From Orbicella franksi (Eukaryota): a stretch of DNA of 64,000 nt. How positions within the stretch are numbered: position 1 is the first letter of the stretch; each line of letters begins with the position of its first letter. The stretch lies in NCBI GenBank assembly GCA_964199315.1, contig OZ116702.1, forward strand, positions 33,170,001 to 33,234,000, in the 5' to 3' direction. Below, piece by piece: positions 14,401 to 26,884 of the stretch. The notes under the pieces were generated by a model. That model had not been told where the DNA came from. It did no database searches and saw only the letters and a program-made list of their open reading frames with translations. The position numbers and the translations under genes were made by a program.

Positions 14401-16348
14401 GTCTTTGTAAGACTTCCTACACCATCAGTATGAGGTAATTTCTGAATCTCGGTCTACTCCTGACTGAGAGAAGAACTGAGGGTACAAAGCGAGAATTCAA
14501 TTCGCTTAGACTACAAATTCTCAGCATGAACATTAAAAAAAAAAAAACAAAAAAAAAAACATTTTCCAGTTGAACCAGCCCTGACAGACACTTCCCATCA
14601 TTGGACACCCTCCCCACTCCTCCCTAAGCATGCAGACACTTTGTCATCATCCAGTGGTCACCAACACATGATACACAATTTTAGCAAGCAACTCTATGAG
14701 GAGGCATCTTCAGGTCTCAGGGGCATTCACTAATGGATGCAATCGCATCATAAATAATAACTATAATTCGTTTTAATTATGATAATCAACAAATCACTCA
14801 GGGCTATCCATGTACCTTGGCCATCTTTAACTTTAACTGAAGTTCAGGAGGTCTCTTTTTTCCAGCCATATTTTTCCTATATTCAGTGATGGCGAATATA
14901 ATAAGCCCTCCGACTCCTGTTGAAAACAAACATCAATATAAGTACAACAAAGACATAATAATGATCTGCTACTGTAGTTATAACTGTCACTTGTAACTCT
15001 GAAAATGGAAATTGGTACCCATACTCAGATTTTATATAGTTCAACACTCAAAAATAGTGGAAATAATGTACTGATTCTCTAGGTGACACCTCTTGAATTT
15101 ATATGCTAAGGAATCTCTAGCAACTTGAGCCCAGTTGTTCAACGAGTGGAGAATGCTATCTACTAGGCAAGTCACTATCCAGTAGGTACAAGTGTTGACA
15201 AAACAAACTGTACTATCCACTGGATAGTGATCTATCCGGTAAATTGTTTTTTCCACACTTTCAACTACAGAGGCCTAGTTTTTAAAATAATAGTAGTGCA
15301 ACTTTTAATCAACATGTATTAATCTCTTATCATCTAATGGTATTAATTAGTCACACTATTATTATTCAAAGTCTATTTGTGGTAAAATTTGTAATTTTTT
15401 TTTATTAAGAAACACAACCATTCTGAAATGCTCCAAATATGTCTGCTAACTTTAAAATGTTGGGGAAGTTTGTTGTCTCACTTAGGGGTATAAATCAAGG
15501 ATTCTGGTATAACTTAGGGTGGTCATGGCAAAATGCCACAATTTTTAGCTGTCAAAGTCTCTTTTAGGGTGCACTCAAAGAAATAATAATAATATAGAAA
15601 ATGCTCTTAATCCCATTGTTAGGCTCAATTTCTGCAGGTCTCTCAAGTCCAGTTTACTAGCGCAAGCTCCTTTCCTGAACTGTAGCGGGCAATCAAACCT
15701 ATTCTGTTTTAAGTGGTGTCTTTTAGGGGTCAAATAAGGCTTGAGCCATGCCCCTATTGGTTTCCTTTAGGGGTTTAATTCAAATTTTCTGACAAGCATC
15801 CCCAACATTTTCATATGGAAGTCTTCCCCCCGCCTCCACTCCTTTCTGCTTCTCCAGGGTCACTGGAACTTCTGAGAAGGAGGAGCTTCTCAAATTGGAA
15901 AGTTTGAAGTTTAACTGGTATTTACAGATGGGTGGACGTGGGGGGAGGGGGGGGGGAGGTTCTCAAACCAAAAACCTTTTGTGGCGGGAGGGGGGGGATT
16001 AACTCGACTGTTTGACTGTTAGCTTATTCTCCCAGGAAAATCAGCTGATAAGCTTACTTGTTCAAGACAAAGGCATATCTTACCAAATATAACAATAGCC
16101 CATATCTCATCAGGAACTTTTCCTCTTATCCTTCTAAACCTGCTATCCTGTTTTAGCCTGGAACACTGTAAAACTGCCGGAAGTGGCCGTCTCCGCGAGG
16201 GAAATGTTCCAGCATTTGTTGGCTCATGACCGATGGTGCAGAACAAACCAGAACTTGCTCTTTTGATGCATGTCGTAAAATGTCTTGAATTTAAAACACA
16301 CCTTTTGCTATCAGTTAAAAGTTTCCAACATCTGCGAGCTCGTTGCAT
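8473..16348 (-). CDS. TTC19: Tetratricopeptide repeat protein 19-like (mitochondrial complex III assembly factor); exons 16348-16084, 14916-14816, 14248-14075, 13059-13021, 12329-12273, 12035-11974, 11168-11082, 10479-10344, 9657-9495, 8597-8473; 402 aa
   Basis: The exon chain totals 1209 nt in frame. It has an Arg/Ser-rich presequence-like N-terminus, a hydrophobic IWAIVIFGVGGLIIFAI segment, then TTC19-like blocks: YLTYVLDE-LANHTFEL-AEHYFRLLLRDLL-EDDSVVEVSLKLS-ALQGFQWT-ALLGVCLEAWGTYFL-ALKISKDVLGEDHEQTTVLLNNLAKAY. Confidence 0.85.
8875..9260. mobile_element. PIF/Harbinger-like MITE with internal TTTGAAAACG repeats
   Basis: Left end GGCAGGGTCCATACAACGCCAGAGAAATTTGAAAACGC is an imperfect inverse of the right end GCGTTTTCTGAAATTCCTACAACGTAGTGTGGAC, with repeated gaaaacg motifs inside. 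The right terminus is interrupted by a SINE fragment. Superfamily is inferred. Confidence 0.55.
9975..10185 (-). mobile_element. tRNA-derived SINE (family 1), degenerate
   Basis: Minus strand starts GCAGGGCTGGCACAGTTG (A-box-like)...GGTTCAACTC (B-box-like), then GGTATTTCTCCGATTTCTCTGGTTTTC. Homologous to 32612-32850. Confidence 0.65.
11385..11459. repeat. (AAT)25 microsatellite in a TTC19 intron
   Basis: Direct reading; this explains the poly-Ile ORF. Confidence 0.97.
11690..11809. repeat. Near-perfect 120-bp palindrome (57-bp arms, 6-nt loop), probably a collapsed MITE
   Basis: 11690-11746 is the reverse complement of 11753-11809 with one mismatch. Confidence 0.9.
15128..15277. mobile_element. 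Degenerate Harbinger-like MITE
   Basis: GCCCAGTTGTTCAA left end versus TTCAACTACAGAGGC right end, with internal cactatcca/tggatagtg inverted motifs. Confidence 0.45.
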
Positions 16349-16575
16349 ATCAAAATAATTCTAATTTAGTACCGAAAGGGACTGAAAATATCTCCAAATC
16401 GATTTACACAAGTTGTCCGCCATCTTAGCTTGGTTACGAAGGAAGACCCAGGCCAGGTTACATAGTCTGAGAGCAAGCGCGGGAAGTTCGGAAGGACAGA
16501 TCCTTGCTTGATTTCTTCTTCGGGTTTTCGGCCAAGGTTTAGTTATCTCTTGAATTTTACTTGGGAACTGTAGCA
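16349..16575. promoter_or_regulatory. Bidirectional promoter shared by TTC19 (-) and BARD1 (+)
   Basis: Only 227 bp lie between the two ATGs. YY1 consensus CCGCCATCTT at 16417-16426; ETS-like GGGAAGTTCGGAAG at about 16481-16494; CCGGAAGT at 16177-16184. Confidence 0.75.
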
Positions 16576-19500
16576 ATGATTGGTTGGCAGAACACAAGGA
16601 AAGCCTTGGGAAAGCTCGAGGAACTGTTGACATGTAAACTTTGGTGAGTGTTGCTTGGCGCCATATTTGTCGTTCTTCTACATCTCGCGTACTAACATGA
16701 GCCAATTTTCGCTCTCACTTCTTTAGTTTAAATTTAGTGTCGGACCCTTGTTCGCTTCAAGCTTGTGATCACATCTTTTGTCGGTAGGTGTATACATGTA
16801 AACTTACTTGTACTGTATCCAAGATTTACATGTAGCTAACATAACTATGCAACATTATGCTTGTAAACAGCCGTTCTAAAAGATGTCATTAAACGTTGAG
16901 TTTGATCTGAGCTGAAGTACAGTGTGAAAGTTTTGAAGTAGGGGGATCGGAGATCTAATTTTTTGAGAAGTTTCATGTAAGGTCCTCTTTATAATTAAAT
17001 TTTACCCGTTTCTTGCGAATTATGATATGAAATATTATGACTTCAAATCAATGTATGAATTTTTGTTTTGCAGAAACTGTGTTGAAAAGTTGGTTGGAGC
17101 TGATTCCAAATGCCCAGCATGTGGAACGTTCGCTTGGGTGAAAGACATGAAAACCAACCGTCAGCTTGCTAACACTGTCAGCATGTGTGCCAAGATTAGA
17201 ATGGTCATCAGATCAGATGATGATAATGATGTTGATGACCATGATGTCAGGAATAAGCAACACACAAATACCATGACTGGTAATATTGTGGTTATCTAGG
17301 GTGCTTTCTAAACAACCTAAAACTAAGAAATTTTGAAACATAACAAATGGTATGGAAATTTCCTGGGAAAAGTTCCAGTAAACAGGGAAATTTCCAGAAA
17401 GTAAAGAGTGCCCAACCAGTGTCCCAAAATTCATGGGTTCAAATCCCATGCGAGACCCCGATGTTTTGGTATCACCATAGGGTTTCGTTAAAACATTTTC
17501 AACAGGAGGGCAGCTACTTTTCAAAGGCAGGCAAAATCATCCTATTAGCTTGTCAACTTGCCCATTGCCAGGCCCTCAATGAAAACTCCTGATTAACCTC
17601 GTGATCTAATTATGAACATTTAATCATTTTTATTTTGTGTTTATTTTCTTCCAGGAACAGCTGCAGTAGAGTGGGAGGGGACACAGCCAACACTTGATCA
17701 AGAAATGGACTCTTATCAGTTTTCTTCTCCAGAAGTTATCATAGCTGCTACGTCAATGAATAAGTGTGATGCTGCAGTGCAAGAAATATCGCGTAACAAT
17801 AAGAAGGTGATTGAGGAATCTGTTCAGATTAAGACTTACACCAGAGCACAGATGAATACAAAAAGAAAGGCCGTGCAAAAGGGTGCAAACAGGGCTGAAA
17901 ATGAGGAAGGAAAGCTAGATGGTTACAGTGATGTTGAACTAGTTGAACAAGGTGGTGGAAAAATTTTAACATGCCAGAATGGGAGGCTATCAAGTAGACA
18001 AGACGCTATCAAAGAAAGTACCAAATGTTCAAGCAATGCAAGATCGACCAAGCAAATGCAAGTCAAACAGAAGTGTTTTGGAAAGCAAGTAACAGAGAGG
18101 AAGTTAAAAAAGACAATTTCCTGTATTGATCATCAGAACGTAGTCCAGGTTGATCATATGATGAAGCAAAAATTTGTCAATTTAGAGTTTGGTGTTGAAG
18201 ATGGTGATACCAATTTCACTCATGCAGATGATGTGGGTATTGAAGAAAAATCCTTCACAAGGCTAAGATCAAGGGATTCACGTTCTTGTGTGCCTGAGAT
18301 AGTGAGATCTACTGGTAATAAAGAACAGTCATATGATGGAACTCTTAAAGCAGTAAAAAGTGCTCCAATGACTAGAGCTCAAAAGAGGAAATACCAAGGG
18401 CCTTCACTGAGCTCTTCATCTGAGAGCATGTCTCAGAATGAGCCAGATGTTGTCAGGGATGGTGCAGGTGAAAGAATTAGTGATGAACAGGAAAAGAAGA
18501 AAATTACCAAGAATAGCCAAGAAACTCCTATAAAGCCACAAGGTTAGGATAACAATTTGCCTTTTAGTTTCGGCCTTTGATAAAGTGTTTCATAGTTTCT
18601 TTAACAAACAAGCTGATAGAAAGTCAACAATAAGACCTGTATGGGGGCAGGTCAGGAATTTTAAAGGGAGGTGGGGGGGGGGGGGGAGGGGAAGGTGGCT
18701 GGCACCTTGGTGTTGCAAAATTAATGGGGCATGCATGTGGGCTCTTGTTACTCTTATGAGTTCACTGGTGTAGCTGTTAGTCAAGTATAACATATTTTTA
18801 TCACTGTTTTAGCTGGAATAAAATGCTTTTAATTACATGTATAATGAGGTACATGTACCTGGCTGTCCAGAGTGTTTACCTTTATTTCTGCCATAATCAG
18901 GATATTCACAAAATTTTTCCATTTTAAAATTTTTTGCTTCTGAATTTCCAAAGGGGGGTGGCTAGCCACCCTATTCCTTGCCCCCTAGATCTGTCCCTGC
19001 TATAGTTACCAGGTTGGCTGTAATCATTTTTGTGTTCACACATTTAAAAGTTGGATTATAAAATACATGTTCTATTTCAAAAGAAACACCACAAAAAGTT
19101 CAAAGATCCTGCTGATTTTAATTTAGAAAAAAACCTTGAAAGAACAATTTAACCAAACATGTTTTCCTTGCATGAAATAATGACAGAAATGGACAGGCCA
19201 CTACGCAAATCAAAACTCTGGAAATGTGTTATCCTATACTCCAGTTAAAAAAAACAAATGCATATATATATATGTAATGTTTTGTAGACAATGCAAGTTA
19301 TTAATTTCAAACATTTATATTACAGTTAATTGGATTTTGCAGATTCTAATCAGCCGTAAACATAATGTATAAAACCTGAAATCTGTGTTCCAGGATTGGA
19401 AACAAATATTTATATTCTACAACGAAATTATCATGTGTGTAACTCTTTTACTACTAACAGGGAATAGCAAAAGAAAGTTGTCAGAACAGCAGCAATTCTT

Positions 19501-22500
19501 CAGCCCAAAGAACACGACTTCCTGTTCTCCTGGTGTAAAGAAAAATAAACGTGGGGAGACACCACTCCATGTAGCAGCAATTAAAGTAAGAGAATTCTAC
19601 CAAAGAATGTACATGTAAACTGTATCTGATACAGCAGTTATTTGCTCAGTAGCCATTGATGGCATGATTCATGCTAAGAGATGGTAAGTGAACATGAAAT
19701 AAATAATCACCTTTACAGGGTTGTGTAGACACAGTCAGAAAACTACTTGCAGAAGGAGCAGACCCTAACACTAAAGACCATGCTGGCTGGACTCCATTGG
19801 TGAGGGAATTGTTAATAACATTGTTATAAATTTGTCTGGCTTCAGCTTTAAATCAACTATCAGTTATTAAGTAACTAACTTGTTAATTTTAGCACGAAGC
19901 TTGCAACCATGGTTACTTGAGCATAACTGAACTGCTATTGGACCATGGTGCCTTGATTGACATTCCTGGTGGGTTTGATCATGACTCGCCGCTGCATGAT
20001 GCTGTCGCTAACGGAAGACTGGAGATAGCTGAACTCCTGGTCTCCAAAGGAGCTCCTTTAGATGTCAGGTGATCAATTGACTCTGTTTACACTGTTTCCT
20101 TAGTGGCTCTTGCATCTGTGTTCTTTAAATGTTCTCTCTGTTTTGCCAGTTTCTGCCAACTTGGAAATCCTGCTTCCCAGCCTCTTCCCTTCCACCTCAC
20201 CCCCTTTACTCCTGGGTTTTCCAATCCCACCCCACTTAAAAGTTAAAACCTTTGCTAGACCATGTAGGAGAAATGTTCAACCTGCATTGAACCCACATCT
20301 CCAAGCACAGCCACTGACCCCTCCTTGCCCCCCTCTCTATAATCACTTGGGGTGGTTGGTAGAGATGAAATGATAGACATTGTACTGAAGCTGAGCCATA
20401 ATAGACTTAAGCTCTCAGCTATTTTAGCTCTTATTTTTTTTGTTAAAATACTAGGAACAAACAAGGTCTCCTTCCAAAAGATTATGCAGCAACTGAAGAA
20501 ATGTTAGCCATCTTATCCACATCAACTCCAAACAAAGAAAATGAATCATCATCAGTGATCACATCACTACTGCATGGCAAGGTTGGTTGATTTAAAAATT
20601 CTTAAAAATCAGAGTAAATTATAAGTGCGTAATGTTGAATTTTAACTACTTATTACCTGAGAGTGAGGTCTTTACGGAAAAATCTCAAACCAAGACCTTG
20701 CAGTATTGACTGAGCGATAGCGAGGTCAATATAGCAAGGCAGAGGTTTGAGATTTTCCGGCTAAGACTGAACAATGGAGGGTAATATTTTGTTTATTACC
20801 GGTATATGGCTCTTTGCCTTGTTTTTGCAGGCCCATAATTGGCCGGTGGGCATTATGGGAGAATAATTCCCTACAATCAGTCAATCAGAGCAATCAAACA
20901 CAAGCCATATGTAATTCAATGTATTGCGTGTTAAAAACAGTCTCCAAAATAAGGCTCATATCTTGAGTTTGTGCCACCATGTATAGTGAAATAGCTTCTA
21001 TATTTTATTTTCAACTCTCTTCAGGGTACTTATGATTCACCTAAAGTTTTGCTTGCAACTGGCTTAAACTCAGAACAAAAGGTACAAATTATCAAAGTTT
21101 TAATAAGCTGATTGATTTACTTCTTTGTTGAACTTAGTATGCTACGTTTAAAGCTGTCATTTCTTGTAGTAAATTAATCATTTATGAATATCAATTCTTT
21201 TAAGGCAAATCTGCAAAAGTGTGCAAGCATTCTCATGGCAAGCATCGTCAATGAATTTTCTCTCTCTGGTGAGTGACAAAGACATCTTCAAAACAGTGGT
21301 TTTAGGAGAAACCAGAGGTATTTTAAATTTAACACTAAACTGCCTTGAATTTGTATTCTGTTGTTGCAGTGACTCACATTGTAACTGCCACAAACAACAA
21401 GAAAGGAATTTGCCCAAGGACTATAAAGTATTTGAATGGTGTGTTAACTGGGAAATGGATAGTCAGCTATGAGTGTAAGTAATTTTTTTAATATCTTAAA
21501 ACAACTAAAAAGTACATTTTCAAGATTCTTTAAATTTTCATATGTTGATCAGGACCACTTATCATCCCATAAGCCACTGAAAATCAGTGCAACAATGTTT
21601 CATAATCTTGCAATAACTGTATTTACATGTAGTTGTTGCTAATTTCTCTGTGTAACTTTTTGCTATAATTTTGTTTTCAAGAGTGGTTTTTCCAAACTTC
21701 TTAGTCAAAGATCCAACAACTGATTGATATGCAACAAATTTTAAGTACCGTAAACACCAGTGTATAAGCTGCACCTGTTTACTGCGAGTGTGGCTTATCC
21801 GTTGGTGTTTACAGTATTAAGTTATTGACTTCTCTGTGACTAACTTGGTGTTCAACATCTGCCATATAATGGGAAAACCAACATGATGTCACAGAACTTT
21901 GTCAAGTGGCTTCTGACAGTCTGATATCGTGCATTATAATCCATCAAATATTTTTGCTTGCGTGCCATTGGTCTAATGCATCATGTGACTGAATATACCC
22001 CAGCTAAAACTGGGGAATATCCGAGAATATTCCCCAATTTTCAAAACTACGTGTTTTACGAAAAATATCTTTTAAGGATAATAAACACAATAGCCTCCAT
22101 TTGACTTTCAAAATATGCTCAGATATTTGTCTATGGACATTATCTGTTCCTCAAAGCTCACAGTTTTCCTCGAGCTGCACTCTCTGAAAACTGTCCACTT
22201 CTCAGAACAGACAATGTCTGCAGACAAATATCTGAGCATATTTTCGCACCAAATGGAGGCTATTGTTTAAATTTTGGAATTCTTGTGTAGGGATAGTAAA
22301 ATGTCTGCGACACAAAACCTGGGCAGATGAAGCACCCCACGAGGTCAAGGGTACAAATGATGCTGCTGTGGACACTCCCAGAAGAGCTCGTATCAATTCA
22401 CTTAAACAGGTTGGTAAATTTGATCAGAAATTTTACTCCCCCTTAACTAGCAAATGCATGTTTAGTCAGAAGGTTCTTATGGGAATTAATGACCTGATCA

Positions 22501-23440
22501 AGGGTAAAATTGTTCAAATTCTCCCAACTTATACAAAGAAATGTATGGAGACCAGTAAGTCAGCAGGATTTGTTTGTTGAAGTCTGAGCTTAGAGTGTGA
22601 ACAAAACCAGTTTTGGAACTTGCCCCACAGGCAAGCTGCAATTATGATGTATGAAGATCATTGTCACTGGCCCCCCAAATTTCTTAGTGACAAGATTAAT
22701 TAACTTCAGAAATTTTACCCATCAACCTTCAATTGCCAATCAGACCTACAGGCAAAGGTCTGACTGCAACATCAAGTAGCCCTGGACTATGAGACACAAG
22801 TTTCTTTGCATGCTGGAGCTGTTAGGGTTGGAATATAAACTTCTCCCAAATAGAACTATAGTGGAACCCCGCCACCCTGTTAATACGGCCACCTCGTAAA
22901 TACAGCCGCTTCAAATCTGTTGTGACCTTTAATTGGTATCGAGATCCAAGTGTTTTTACTTGTTTTCTGGTGTTTTACTGACACAAGATTCATCATTGCT
23001 CCATTGAAAGGTGCTAAGTGCATGTCTGAAAATTAATTTTAGATTTTATTTTCCAGCTTCCTGGTTTGTTTGATGGTTGCCAGTTTTACTTTAGCGGTGA
23101 ATTCTGCCCACCACACCCTTCTAAGGAAGACCTTGTTCAGATGGTCAAGTATGGTGGTGGCAAGATCCTTTCACGTGAACCAAAACCAGATATCAACGAG
23201 TCTCTTCATTTACCTACAACACATGAATCTAACAAGGCGTCTAACAATGCAGTTACCTTCGCTCCCATTGCTTATCATGCAAACCCCTGCTCTAAACAGT
23301 ATCGATGCACTCGGTACGTCATCTATGATTCACTGGCTGAAAAGAAGCCCCACATCAGGAATACTGATTCTGTTTGTAGCATGCCCTCAACATGGCTCAT
23401 GGACTGTGCTTCCAACTTTGCAATCTTAGATTTAGAATGA
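16576..23440 (+). CDS. BARD1: BRCA1-associated RING domain protein 1; exons 16576-16643, 16727-16783, 17074-17279, 17655-18542, 19461-19585, 19719-19799, 19893-20068, 20455-20581, 21025-21081, 21205-21268, 21370-21474, 22291-22409, 23057-23440; 818 aa
   Basis: RING with flanking helices (WQNTRKALGKLEELLTCKLC...CDHIFCRNC...CPACGTFAWVKDMKTNRQL); three ankyrin repeats (KNKRGETPLHVAAIKG...KDHAGWTPLHEACNHG...DSPLHDAVANG); tandem BRCT (VTHIV...CPRTIKYLNGVLTGKWIVSYEW...GLFDGCQFYFSG...STWLMDCASNF). The chain is 2457 nt in frame. Confidence 0.95.
20678..20756. repeat. Imperfect hairpin inside an interspersed repeat (BARD1 intron)
   Basis: aaaatctcaaacc...ttgcagtattgac / gtcaatatagcaa...ggtttgagatttt inverted arms. 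Confidence 0.6.
22083..22269. repeat. Palindromic interspersed repeat (arms about 60 bp) ending about 20 nt before the BARD1 exon 12 acceptor
   Basis: caatagcctccatttg..aaaatatgctcagatatttgtc..gacattatctgttc versus gaacagacaatgtc..gacaaatatctgagcatatttt..caaatggaggctattg. Confidence 0.7.
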
Positions 23441-26400
23441 GCAGTCTTTGTTAACCTCTTGAGTACCTTCACGACGTAATCGGTGCATCATGATGTGCTA
23501 ATATTACCGAGTACATCAAACTTTTAAGAGATTTAGTCACTCCCAGCACACTGGAAACAACTCCTGTCGGCAACTAAGATTTGTACGTTTTTTGGAGACT
23601 GCTGATTACCCATTGTTGTGATGTCATATGGATATCAAATTGCTTCAACCTCAGTGAATTTAACCGTATTGAAGAAACACTTTAATAACCTTTCAGAAAA
23701 TAATTATTTACATGTCTATAGTTTAAGTGAAAATAAGCTTTTACAGCATTTGAAATTTCAACTAGACACCCATTTTCAGTGAAAATGGTGTGGCACACAA
23801 CGTACACAATGGTCTAGCATTCAAGGAGTCAAGTATGATCATCTTGCTCCTAGATGAGCCCATTCTTATTCCCAAAGGTTGTGATCCTTCTGGGTCAGCA
23901 CAAGTAAAATATTATCATGAGACATACCTGCAGCTGCAATGAATTTTCAAACTGGAACAACCCAATTCTTGTTGTTTACCTAAAGGTGTTATGGCCTCTG
24001 AGGACTAAAAATTAATGTGTATTAAATCATTTTAGTTATAGTTGAAGTATGGCCAAAACCAGGTGCAGTTAATGTCAAGGAGGTGTCCAACTGGAGATAA
24101 TGAACCACCTAAAAATTATTTTAAAGAATTCTCCTCATCTATTAGCTCTCTGTACTGTCTTTTCTCTAAGCTCCATTCATTTTATAGAGCAATAGCATGT
24201 GGAAAGAGGCCTCTAGTAGATATTAAAATAATTACTTCAACAGTATTTCTTAGAAACATTTGCTTTTAATTTCTTGTTTCAACATGTTATCTATTTGACA
24301 TTGTAATTTACAACTAATCGAACTAAACTAAAAAAAAAAAAAAACACAAGAGAAAATTGGTTAACTAAAACCAAGTTTGACCCAAATGTTTTGTTTTGTT
24401 TTATTTTCTTACAAAAAAAAGAAACAACACTTGAATGGAAAAGAGAAAGGGCATGAGTTGGATAGGTGTGAAGGAGGAGTGAAACTTGAAATCTCTATCA
24501 CTATGGGACCTAATGCTGATTGAATGGCTTTGTCAAACAGCTATTGATTCACTTAAAATTATTCCAACCTATGTTTAATTTTAATATCATGTAATTCCTA
24601 GTAGACCATACTATTGCAAACAAATAAGCTGTTGTTATAGTCTAAATTTTAGCCTTTGTCTTCCCCAAGAAAGCATGCTACAATATATACTGATTTTGCC
24701 GGGAGAAGACACTGTTATCTCGCTCAATCATCCAGAAACAATAACCTCTCTTCTCAACAGACCGAAATGACTTGAATTTAGGTTAAAACAATGAAACCAA
24801 TTCAAATCAATTTTAAGTATTTAATATCGACAGAGCAGGAAATTTACATTACGATGTCATTTGCCTATGATCAACACGATCTAAAATTTTGCTAGTGTCT
24901 TCATAGTACCACTATCTAAAACACAAACTAGCAATTGGCCATTAGAAGCAAAAGCAGGAATGTGATAGAATAGCAAAACCTGCCAGTTGTCAGAAAAGTC
25001 AATACTTGAAACCTTAATGAGAATGATGTACTTCAGAGTAGAAGAAACCTTAAAAATAAAAATGTTACAATTCACTCAAGGTCTAAGAGCATAACCACTC
25101 TATGTCAACATGATTTAAATTTTTTTTTTTTTTCAAGTTTCTTGGGCTTGGATTTGCCTGTTGTTGTTTTCATGTGGCCTTCAACAACTTTTTCACATTT
25201 TTATATTTCACTGAAAAAATACCAAAAAACTCACTTAAATTCAACATTAGCTGGTTATGCCCAAACCCTTCAAAAGACTCGGTTGAAAACAAATCTTACA
25301 GCCCATAACATGAGAGGACATCTGAATATTAGTTAACAAAACATTTGGGACATCAGATAATCAAAACTTGACAGTTAAATAATAAAAACTGACTAAACTA
25401 TATAACAATACTTGGTTTTAATATTTTGTGAAACTTACACCCAGGTCAATGATCAAAACTTTGCCATTACAAAAAATTGTCAGGTGATCAGTTGCAATTG
25501 ATTTATTACTTTAAACCTGAACAGAACACAAAAACAAAATTATGCTGCATATTCCTTTTTAACTGCCTTGTTTTAGACATGTAATGATTACAGTGGTTAG
25601 CGCATTAAAAGCCACAAAGTTACAGGCAAGTATGATGCAAAAAATATTGTTCCCACATTACTCCACTGTATATTATTAACACTATTAAGAAAAACATGCT
25701 TAGAAATAACATCTGCTGAAAATACATTAGTAACTAGTAAATATTGACATGAGAACAATAAACAAATAAAGTGCCAACCAATTTCATTGGCTGAGATGAT
25801 TTATTGCCACAAGTTTTAATGAATTTCAGGGACAAAATATTCATGCTTCAAAACATGTTCAAAGAGGGGGGAGAACTTGCTGTAGTAAAACCAGTGCTTT
25901 GGAGTGTACACTACATGACATTCAAACTCTGGTACCATTATTTTAAACTATGATCAACCATTTATGTGTCCATATTTACTTCTGACAATTTACAATTCCA
26001 AAGACCAGTGTAACAACATGACAAACTTTGTTGCTCCAGGACAGAAAGCAACGTGGTTGGACAACACAAGTTGCTCTATGACCAGCACCATTTTTAGCTG
26101 CATTCCACAAGAGGTGTTTTGCTTTCATGCTAAGTTTGTGATAAAGTTACTCAATAAAATATACTAATATGTAAACTTGTAACAAAATAATCTAAAAATT
26201 CAATGAGCACGGAAAATACACATACCGGTAATACTCGGCATAAAAAATTAAAAGTACAATAGCCATTTTTCTATAAAACCAAAGCTCAACAGGAGTAATA
26301 TAAATTATTTTACATCTTTATACACCTAAAGAAGCTACTTGCAGTTTGTACTATTTGGCTCAGACAAAGTCTGCTATTACACCACCAGTGCGTTTAGTGT

Positions 26401-26884
26401 CTGAATCAAATGGACTTTCATGTAACTCGAAGTTGAGATTAACATTTGAAATAGCTGAAAACAAAATTAATTTTCCTTTTGACTGAAGTGAGTCTGTATG
26501 CTTTGATCCTAACTATGTCACTTTTGTTAGCTGGTTGCCATCACAAATGACAAAAATATATATTTAACCAAGTTAGCTTGTATGCAATTTTAAATTGTGG
26601 ACAGCCAGCATAAGTTGATCAAAGTGGCTGGAATAAGTAATTGTCTCCAAAGTCTTTAAATCACAGTTCCAACTTGGATCAACCTGGAGGTCCATTTGGC
26701 CAGATGTGATGTGCCATTGACTAATTTACTGTCCAGCAGTCATGAAGCTTCTCGCAAAGCATTCATTTTGGATAGCCCCTCATTCCATTACTGGACCTAT
26801 AACAAACTGCACCAAATTATGCACTTTTGGGATGCTGACAGCATTGAATTACTAGCTCACTTTGAGTCCTGAGGTTTTGAAATT

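Noticed and set aside
16361-16705. 114-aa minus-strand ORF across the promoter
   Set aside because: Mostly the antisense shadow of BARD1 exon 1. Only its last 20 codons (the uORF) are kept as a finding.
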